From the human T2T-CHM13v2.0 reference genome, Homo sapiens: a stretch of 64,000 bases of DNA. Where the stretch lies: NCBI RefSeq assembly GCF_009914755.1, contig NC_060947.1. One strand, 5' to 3'. A program made the position numbers and the translations under genes. The notes beneath the pieces are model-generated. The model saw nothing but the letters and a program-made list of their open reading frames with translations. It was not told where the DNA came from and ran no database searches. This document shows positions 54,905 to 64,000 of the stretch, one piece after another. Positions within the stretch are counted from its first letter, which is position 1. The number at the start of each line of letters is the position of its first letter.

Positions 54905-55199
54905 GGCTGGGTCCGGTGGCTCACGCCTGCGATCCCAGCACTTTGGGAGGCCAAGGTGGGCAGATCACGATGTCAGGATTTCGAGACCAGCCTGGCCAAC
55001 ATAGTGAAACCCCGTCTCTACTAAAAATACAAAGATTAGCTGGACATTGTGGTGCGGGCCTGTACTCCCAGCTACTCGGGAGGCTCAGGCAGGAGAATCG
55101 CTTGAACCTGGGAGGTGGAAGTTGTGGTGAGCCGAGATCAGGCCACTGCACTCCAGCCTGGGAAACAGAGTGAGACTTAATCTCAAAAAAAAAAAAAAA
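54905..55199 (+). mobile_element. AluS (Sg-like)
   Basis: Full dimer. TSD AAGAAATACAGGT (54889-54901 / 55200-55212). Confidence 0.95.
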
Positions 55200-55212
55200 A
55201 AGAAATACAGGT

Positions 55213-56520
55213 ATGACATTATCAGAAAACCAGAATTTGAAGCAAAAGAAGCAAAAGGTATCAAAAGGCCACAGAGAATATTTCATACTGAAAAAGAATA
55301 GTCCATCACAAATACAAAAATCATGAAAGTTTATTACCTAATTATGTAGTTTTAAAAAATGTAAACAAAAACTGACAGAATTTCAAGGAGAAACGGAAAA
55401 ATCTGCAATCACAGTGATAATTTAACATATTTCACTAAGTTTATAGACCAAATGTATTAAAAAAGTGAGAAAGAATATAGAGAATTTGAATTTTAGAATT
55501 AACAAACTAAGTTTAATATACATATATTACAAGCACATGTATTTGTACCTGCAAAAGAAGAATGCAAATTATTTTCAAATATTTTTCAAAAATTGACCAT
55601 ATACTAAGCCTCAAGAAAAAAAATCTAAACAAATTAAAAAATCAAAATCTTACAGGACACATTATACTTACTGACTACTATGCAATAAAATTAGAAAGTA
55701 ATAAACAATTGATATAGTAATAACCAAAATGTAGTAAGACAAAACAAACAGAAACCCTATACACCTAAAAATTTAAAAGCACACATTGGAATACATCTTA
55801 GGTTAAAAAAGGAAACAGAAATTAGTATTATAATTAGTATTATATACCTTCAATGAATAATAGAAATTAGTATTATATACCTTCAATGAATTTATCAGAT
55901 AAGAAAAGCACAGAATAAATTTTTAAAACCCCTTCTGATTCAGGAAGCTAAAAGGATCATAAAGTAAATTCTGTTAAAGAAATTAATAAAAGACAAGTGC
56001 AGAAATTAATAATAAAAAACAAAATATAGATTTGATCAATAAAACATAAACTAGCTAAATTGCAAGGACCAAAAAAGGAAACTAACTGTTATTACATATA
56101 ATTTAAAAAAAGAAAGAGGAATTAAAATAAATATCTAAAGCATTAAAAAGAGACATAACAAAGAGATTAAAACTATTTATTAATTCATGCTAGGGAAATG
56201 CTATATTATTACATTGATATAGTAAAATTTCCGAGGTATTTGTTGAATGAAATAAATAAATCACAGAAACTGTGCAAAATATGATCCTCTACAGATTAAA
56301 ACATGAAACAAAGCAACATTACACATGTAAATGTATTAAACATCTGGAAGGACATATACCTGATACAGTGATTACCACTGGGGGACAGGATAGACCATTT
56401 GAGATACTGTTCAGACTGTGTTTTAGCCATATTTGTAATATTTGTAATTATAAAATACTTGTAATTATTTTACCAAGAGAATATGTTTATTTATCGCTTA
56501 ACTAAAAACTAATGTAAAAA
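55213..56520 (+). mobile_element. Old L1ME-type fragments (ORF2 endonuclease region and 3' end)
   Basis: A-rich. CAAAAACTGACAGAA...CAAGGAGAAA and CAAAAATTGACCATATACTA motifs. Confidence 0.72.
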
Positions 56521-58250
56521 GTAAAAATCAGAACAAAATAACAATGTTGATCAATTAATTTGTTATTATGATTGGATTATAGAGATGATGGAGAGGATTT
56601 AATGAAACAATGAGGTTGGAGGGGCAGGCAAGAGTCAGGTAAAGGGTCTTAGAAAAAAGTATTCATTTTTGCCATTAAAGTAAAATGAGAGCAATTGAAG
56701 AGTGTCAAGTAAGACTTGTGTTTGAAGTCAATTGGATGCTAGAGGATATGTCTGTACATGAATGTATTTGTAGCAAAGAAGTAATCTATAAGCACACCTT
56801 ATTTTCCTGACTAAAGTGTATGTCTTTGAGGACTGAGAATATATTTCGTTCATTATGACATCCCACTACAGCACTTAGTCAAATGTTTATTTGTAAGTAA
56901 GCATATAGCAAAGTATGTTAAATCGAATTTGAATTGTGTTGTGTCTGATTAATATGCAAGTAAGACAATTCACAAAGCATATAACTTTCCTTAATTCATA
57001 AGGTATTGTCAGAGTGGTCTACATTCTGTGAATTCTTGAAGAAAAAATATTTAAAGTACAAAAATTATCAACTATTAATTACAAACAATGCTAAATATTG
57101 TGGTAAATTTTCCCAGTATTAAACACTGTAGTTTAGCAATGCAATACTGATTAATAGAAAATGAAGACATGGTTAAAGCTCTAAGAGATCTGAATATCTC
57201 TTTTCAAGTTATATGAGACAAATACTTCAAAATGTTTCAATATATGTGTCAAAAATGCTAATTGTTCTCTATGGTATTTGTTTGGCTCTAGCATGGGACA
57301 ATGTATAAATCAACTATTTGAAGTAATGGGTGCATAGATTGAAATTGTTCCTATGCTATAGTTCCTCATGGCTAATTTAGACTTCAATCAGATTTAAAAG
57401 ACCAATGCATCCTTGATGCACAACAGCAGTGATTTTTGTCTTTTAAAACATTTTGAATCAAAGAAGAGGTTGCCTAGCAGAGTAAACTACTAATGATGAG
57501 CCAAGTTATTTCTGTGGTGAATTGTCAATGTTCGTCAGAAGTAACATGGCAAGAAGCTTCTTACTGTTAGGCTGTCTGTCATCTACAAGGCTCTCAAATT
57601 AGGCATTTTTGGATTTTTACTACAGTAATGATCAAAAAGTGTAAGAATCACTCCACTAAATCGCACGTAATCTTGATGTTTCTGTGTTAAGTTCCTTTTC
57701 TTTTAGCCATAGTCATGTTCTCTGCTTGAGACTTAAAACAATTCATCCAAGTTAGCCAGAGCTGCAGAGGAACTTATGCTCAGAGGTCCTGCCATCCTCC
57801 TTTGAGATCTTCTGAACATGTTATAGATAGTACCAGAATCCACTTCATACTACCAAAAGATAAAAGATCATCTTTGTCAAACCCTTCTACTATCTTTTGA
57901 GAGATTTTGCTAACACTTGTGACCAAACAATTGCCTTATACTAGTAAGGTTCTCAAAGGATTTTATAAGAGTCACAGTGTTATTAATATTTTCCACATAA
58001 TTAGTGATATGTGTCCACATCACACCAACTCTTTCAACTATTCAACTATGAACAATATTCTCTTTCTAGTGTTGACATAATTTGTGGACCCAGGAGAAAA
58101 CAAAACAAATAGGCAAATATGGCACACCTCCAAAACAAAAAAAGAATAATTACCCTTTTCCTCTGATGTCCCCTTAGTATCTTCATTTGAACCTTGGTTT
58201 GTGAACAATACACAAAGTGAATTGCTAGCAGATGCTCAGCTTGTAGTTTC

Positions 58251-59936
58251 TGTAAACCAAAAATAAAATCCTAAGCCTCCAAAACAACTGAATGTGTTCC
58301 CAGACGAAACCGAGGGTCAAGCTCCTTATTCTCTCAGCCTGATAACAAGATGCAGATGAACTGGGAAAGAAGAGTGTTTTTATTTCTGTAACAGGGTGCA
58401 GGGAGAAGGCTTGGAAATTATCATCAGACCAACTCAAAATTACAAACTTTTCCAGAGCTTATATACCTTCTTAGCTATATGTCTACGTGTAAGTGCGCAT
58501 CCATCTAAAGACATAAATGATTAACTTATTCTAATCTATAACTAAGGTCTGAGTCCTGAAGAACTTCCTCTGGAACTTCAGTAAATTTACTCAATCTAAA
58601 TGGGTCCCGGTGTTGTGGTGATTACCCTTATCTTGTCTCCTACTAAAGCATGGAGGTTTGGGGAGTTGCTTCAGACCCCCAATAAACTTGTTTGTGGAGG
58701 CCTGGGGAGTTTCTTCAGACACCCAATAAAACTTGTTTAATCCTAAATGGGTCCTTTTAAGAATTCCTTCATTATCTTGTCATGCTTTAAGGCCCAGGAA
58801 AGGCTTAGGCAAAACTCTTGGTGGGCTTTTGTTACATCCCAGCCTTTGTATAAGGGCACTGGCTCTTTCAGCTTTTAGTATCTAACCTAACCACTCAGTC
58901 AGTGCTGAGACAGTTGTTATGGTGGCCTGCCTGTTCAGCCGTTAGGGAGACCTCGCTTGCCACAAATAGACATCCTCTTGGCCAAGGAGACCACAGAGAA
59001 ACCTGAAAAACTGAATTCCCAGCCATGACAGGAAGGGAGGTCAGACACACCTCATTACCCTCCCTCCCTTTTGGAGCTTAAGCACAACTGACCGGTATTA
59101 AGGTTAAAATAGAGAACACAAAACTGACAAAACAGACTGTGGCAATTAGATACCAGATTATAACCCAGACCTGAGGCCATGCAAGATAAGGGTTAAGTCA
59201 CATCCTACAAACCATACAATTTTGTTAGACTTGTTTTTTAATTAACCTGGTATAATGTGGCTTTCCAACCTGACTCTGGTATAGCATCGCATGACAGATA
59301 GTAGACCTGGAAGGAAATAAAAATATTTTATCTCAAAACATATTTCTTTGACACATTTGAAATGACCCTGCAAAGCCGTCTTTTGTGGGGAAAATTTGCA
59401 TCTGTAGAGAACCTTCAATAATGTAGCCAGGCCTTCCCTTTCTAAGCATTTCCTGGATCTATAGAGATTAAGAGTTTGACAACTTTTAAAGTCTAAAAAG
59501 AGACATTTACCATTTATTCTCTCTGAAGGTTGCTACCTAAGAGGCTTCATCTACATCACAAGAACCCTGGCCTTCAAGACCCCACTTATCTTAAGTATTT
59601 CTTTCTACTGACTTCAAATCTTTAGACAAAGTTTAACTCTTTCAACCAATTGCGAATCAGAAAAATCTTTAAATTCAACTATAACATGTATGTCCCGTCT
59701 TCAAGATATCCTACCTTTTTGGGGGCTGTATCAACATATACCTTCCATGTACTGATTTATGTCTTTGCCTGTAATTCCTGCCTTCCTAAAATGTATAAAA
59801 ACAAACTGTAACCTGACCACCTCAGGCACACGTTCTCTGGACCTCCAGAGACTTTTCCCCAGGCCATGGTTACTCATACTGGCTCAAAATAGTCCTCTTT
59901 AAAATATTTTATAGGATTTAGTTTTTTCCATTAATA
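58251..59936 (+). mobile_element. MER4-group ERV1 solo LTR (MER4D-like) split by a nested LTR
   Basis: TGTAAACCAAAAATAAAAT-CTAAGCC start. Resumes GAC-TCCTCTTGGCCAAGG at about 58969. Ends CCAGGCCATGGTTACTCATA...CTCTTTAAAATATTTTA. Confidence 0.82.
58295..58964 (-). mobile_element. ERV1 solo LTR, 670 bp (tentatively LTR15-like)
   Basis: Minus strand TGTGGC...GGGAACA (TG...CA), TATATAA box, AATAAA, 4-bp TSD AATG/AATA. Family name from memory only. Confidence 0.8.
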
Positions 59937-60030
59937 CTTTATTATCTAGCAAACTCTGATGAGCATTCCTGAAAGAAACAAAGAGTGGGTAGTTACTATG
60001 CTCTATACAGCAATTCTTCTTCAGACTTAC

Positions 60031-60484
60031 TTTCATACATGTCCCTTTGAAGAGACCACTAAACAGGCTTTGTGTGAGCAACATGGCTGTTTATTTCACC
60101 TGGGTGCAGGCGGGCTGAGTCCGAAAAGAGAGTCAGCAAAGGGAGATAAGGGTGGGGCCGTTTTATAGGATTTGGGTAGGTAAAGGAAAATTACAGTCAA
60201 AGGGGGTTTGTTCTCTGGCGGGCAGGAGTGGGGGTCGCAAGGTGCTCACTGGGGGTGCTTTTTGAGCCAGGATGAGCCAGGAAAAGGACTTTCACAAGGT
60301 AATGTCATCACTTAAGGCAAGGACCGGCCATTTACACTTCTTTTGTGGTGGAATGTCATCAGTTAAGGTGGGGCAGGGCATATTCACTTCTTTTGTGATT
60401 CTTCAGTTACTTCAGGCCATCTGGGCATATACAGTGGAAGTCACAGGGGATGCGATGGCTTGGCTTGGGCTCAGAGGCCTGACA
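60031..60484 (-). mobile_element. HERV-H 3' LTR (LTR7)
   Basis: Minus strand TGTCAGGCCTCTGAGCCCAAGCCAAGCCATCGCATCCCC...TATAAAA (60167-60161)...AATAAA (60095-60090)...ATGAAA. Preceded by the polypurine tract AAGAAGGCAGGAA. Confidence 0.97.
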
Positions 60485-60999
60485 TTCCTGCCTTCTTATA
60501 TTAATAAGAAAAATAAAACAAAATAGTGTTGAAGTGTTGGGGTGGCGAAAATTTTTGAGGGGTGGTATGGAGAGAGAATGGGCGATGTTTCTCAGGGCTG
60601 CTTCGAGCAGGATTAGGGGCGGCATGGGAACCTAGAGTGGGAGAGATTAAGCTGAAGGGAGGTCTTGTGGTAAGGGGTGATATTGTGGGGATGTTAGAAG
60701 AAACATTTGTTGTATAGAATGATTGGTGATGGCCTGGATACGGTTTTGGATGAATTGAGAAACTAAATGGAATAACAGAAGGAGAAAAACAGGTATAAAA
60801 GGTCTAAGAATTGGGACGACTCAGGATATCTGATTAGAGAGTGCCTAAGGAGATTCAGCATAGTCCTGCCAGCAAATATTATTTATTTACTTGAAGAGTT
60901 AAGAGTGGCAGTTTGGGGATAGCACCAGGAGATATCAGCTGTGATGGCTTGGAAAAACAGTGTAAACCAGCAGTGTAAACAAGAGCAGGGCATGTATGA

Positions 61000-62868
61000 G
61001 TAGTTGAGAACGGTGAATAGGAGTATGACTAGACAGAAGATAGTAGGGATGACAAGATTTTTGGGGGGCACAGTCTAAGTTGGTCTGGTGTCTGGAATGA
61101 GACTGGGGCCTAATAAAAAGGAGCATCTATACAGGAGCTCAAATGGGCTGTACCCTGTAGCATTCCGAGGACAGGCCTGAATTCTGAGAAGGGCAAGTGG
61201 TAAAAGTATTGTCCAGTCCTTTTTAAGTTGGTGGCTGAGCTTGGTGAGGTGTGTTTTTAAAAGACCTTTAGTCCATTCTACTTTTCTTGAAGACGGAGGA
61301 CCATAAGGGATATAAAGGTTTCACTGAATACTAAGAGCCTGAAAAACTGCTTGGCTGATTTGACTAATAAAGGCTCGTCTGTTATCAGACTGTATTGAGG
61401 TGGGAAGGCTAAACTGAGGAATTATGTCTGACAGAAGGCAAGAAATGACTGAGGAGGCCTTCTCAGACCCTGTAGGAAAGGCCTCTACCTATCCAGTGAA
61501 AGTATCTACCCAGACTAAGAGGTATTTTAGTTATCTGACTCAGGGCATGTTGAGTAAAGCTAATTTGCCAGTTCTGGGTGAGGCTAATCCTCGAGCTTGA
61601 TGTGTAGGGAAGGGAGGGGGCCTGAATAATCCCTGAGGAGTAGTAGAATAGCAGATGGAACACTGAGAAGTTATTTCCTTGAGGATAGATTTCCACGATG
61701 GAAAGGAAATGAGAGGTTCTAAGAGGCGGGCTAGTGGCTTGTACTATAGCATAGCCTGCCTTTGCTGGTATGTGGTGATTAGGCCTGGTGGAACCGCCAT
61801 CAATAAATCAAGCGTGATCAGGGTGAGGAACAGGAAAGAAGGAAATTTGGGGAAATGGGGTGAATGTCAGGTGGATCAGAGAGATACAGTCATGGGGGTC
61901 AGGTGTGGTATCAGGAATAATGTGGGAGGCCGGATTGAAGTGTGGGCCAGGAACAACGGTAATTGTGGGAGACTCAGCAAAGAGTGAGTATAGCTGAAGG
62001 AGCCAGGAAGCAGAAAGTATATGCATCAGGTATGAGGAAGAAAATAGATTTTGGAAGTTATGAGAACTGTAGAGAGTGAGTTGAGCATAGTTTGTGATTT
62101 TGAGGGCCTCTAAAAGTATTAAAGCAGCGGCAGCCGCTGCATGCAGACATGAGGGCTAGGCTAAAACAGTAAGGTCAAGTTGTTTGGACAGAAAGGCTAC
62201 AGGGTGTGGTCCTGGCTCTTGTGTAAGAATTCTGACCGTGCTAACCATGCCTAGGAAGGAAAGGAGTTGTTGTTTTGTAGAAGGTGCTGGGGTTTGAGAG
62301 ATCAGTCAGACACGATTGGCAGGGAGAACACGTGTGTTTTTATGAGAATTATGCCAAGATAGGTAACAGATGAGGAAGAAATTTGGGCTTGATTGAAGTA
62401 ATGGGGGCTGTCTGTGAAGCTTTGCAGCAGTACAGCCTAGGTAATTTGCTGAGCTTGATGGGTGTCAGGGTCAGTCCAAGTGAAAGTGAAGAGAGGCTGG
62501 GATTAAGGGTGCAAAGGAATAGTAAAGAAAGCATGTTTGAGATCTAGAACAGAATAATGGGTTATAGAGGCAGGTATTGAGGATAGGAGAGTATATGGGT
62601 TTGGCAGCACGGGGTGGATAGGCAAAACAATTTGGTTGATAAGGCACAGATCCTGAACTAACTTGTAAGGCTTGTCTGGTTTTAGGACAGGTAAAATGGG
62701 GGAATTGTAAGGAGAGTTTATAGGCTTTAAAAGGCCATGCTGTAGCAGGTGAGTGATAACAGGCTTTAATCTTTTTAAAGCGTGCTGCGGGATGGGATAT
62801 TGGCATTGAGTGGGGTAAGGGTGATTAGGTTTTAATGAGATGGTAAGGGGTGCATGATCGGTCGCCAA
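61000..62868 (-). pseudogene. pol: HERV-H pol remnant (RT, RNase H, integrase pieces)
   Basis: SPYNSPILPVLKPDKPYKLVQDL...LDLKHAFFTIPL (RT N-terminus), and FPVPHPDH-x-stop-FIDG (RNase H start). Has stops, frameshifts and deletions. Left limit approximate. Confidence 0.9.
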
Positions 62869-63021
62869 GGAGAGAGTAGAGGTATCTTATACTTGTGGGT
62901 TAAGGTGGGGGGATACAAGAGGAGGACACAAAGGAGGTCTTGGATTGGGAAGAAGGGCGGCAATGAGATATAGCTGTAGTCCAGGAATAGTCAGGGAAGC
63001 ATATAATTTAGTTAAAGTGTC

Positions 63022-63246
63022 TCAGCCTAATAAGGGAACTGGGCAGGTGGGGATAACTAAAAAGGAGTGCTTAAAAGAGTATTGTCTAAGTTGGCACCAG
63101 AGTTGGGGAGTTTTAAGAGGTTTAGAAGCCTGGCCGTCAATACCTACAACAGTTATGGAGGCGAGGGAAACCGGCCCTTGAAAAGAAGGTAATGTGGAGT
63201 GGGTAGCCTCCGTATTGATTAAGAAGGGGATGGGCTTACCTTCCAC
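63022..63246 (-). pseudogene. pro: HERV-H protease remnant
   Basis: FLINTEATHSTL (degenerate LxDTGA), VVGIDG flap, PTCPVPLLG. Confidence 0.9.
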
Positions 63247-63313
63247 TGTGAGAGTTACTGGAAGCTCGGCATCCGTGATGGTCTAAGGGGCTTCCGAGGT
63301 GATCAGGCAGCGT

Positions 63314-64000
63314 CAGTCTTCAGCCGCTAAGCTGAGAAGATCTGGGAAGGAGTCAGTCAGAGAGCCTTGGGCCAGAGTTCCAGGGGCTCTGGGAGTGGCT
63401 GCCAGGTGAGTTGAACAGTCCGATTTTCAGTGGGGTCCCACACAGATGTCACGTGTCTTAGGAGGAATCCCGGGCTGCAGGCATTCCTTGGCCCGGTGGC
63501 CAGATTTCCGGCAAGTGTAGCAAGCTCCTGTGGGAGGAGGTTCTGGAGGAACGCCTGGCCGCTGCAGTTCAGGCGTTTGGAAGTTCTTGTGTGCTGGAGA
63601 TGTGGCTGGGGTTTGTCTCACAGTGGAGGCAAGGAGGAATTGCAACTTTTTTCTATTATTGTACACCTTGAAGGTGAGGTTAATTAAATCCTGTTGTGGG
63701 GTTTGAGGGCCGGAATTTAATTTTTGGAGTTTTATTTAATGTCGGGAGCAGATTGGGTAATAAAAGGTATTTTGAGAATAAGACGGCCTTTTGACTTTTT
63801 AGGGTCTAGGGCTGTAAAGTGTCTCAGGGTTGCTGCCAAACAAGTCATGAACTGGGCTGTATTTTTATATTTGATGAAAAAGCCTAAACACTATCTGATT
63901 TGGGATAAAGAAAAAGGAGCATTAACCTTGACTATGCCTTTGGCTCCAGCAACCTTTTTAAGAGTAAATTGCTGGGCAGGTGGGGGAGGGCTAGTCACGG
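63314..64000 (-). pseudogene. gag: HERV-H gag 3' remnant
   Basis: CCHC zinc knuckle CYTCRKSGHRAKEC in ORF 63427-63666. Gag end ...LAAED-stop near 63314. Confidence 0.88.

Larger units (their letters stand above)
60485..64000 (-). mobile_element. HERV-H internal region (deleted env/pol form), running off the right edge
   Basis: C-rich sense strand with gag, pro, RT and RNase H remnants in the correct order upstream of the PPT and LTR7. Confidence 0.96.

Overview
This is primate (most likely human) AT-rich non-coding genomic DNA. I can support no host protein-coding exon, RNA gene, CpG island or CRISPR array. About half the window is transposable-element debris: Alu (J/S/Y, FLAM), L1 (PA to ME age), L2, MIR, MaLR/ERVL/ERV1/ERVK LTRs and hAT/Tigger DNA transposons, often nested. 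The right end (60031-64000) is the 3' part of a minus-strand HERV-H provirus, with an LTR7 3' LTR and decayed env/pol/pro/gag; it runs off the window. Nearly all listed ORFs are repeat-derived or chance. The best leads are: (i) the HERV-H LTR/host junction forms a consensus 5' splice site (AAA|GTAAGT) about 60 nt downstream of the LTR poly(A) signal; (ii) several short, old, locally templated duplications, including a MIR segment copied into a younger MaLR LTR 1.9 kb away; (iii) repeat-free islands carrying enhancer-like motif clusters. Family names come from recalled consensus sequences, not a database search. Boundaries of old elements are approximate. I cannot identify the locus and do not claim a confirmed new system.
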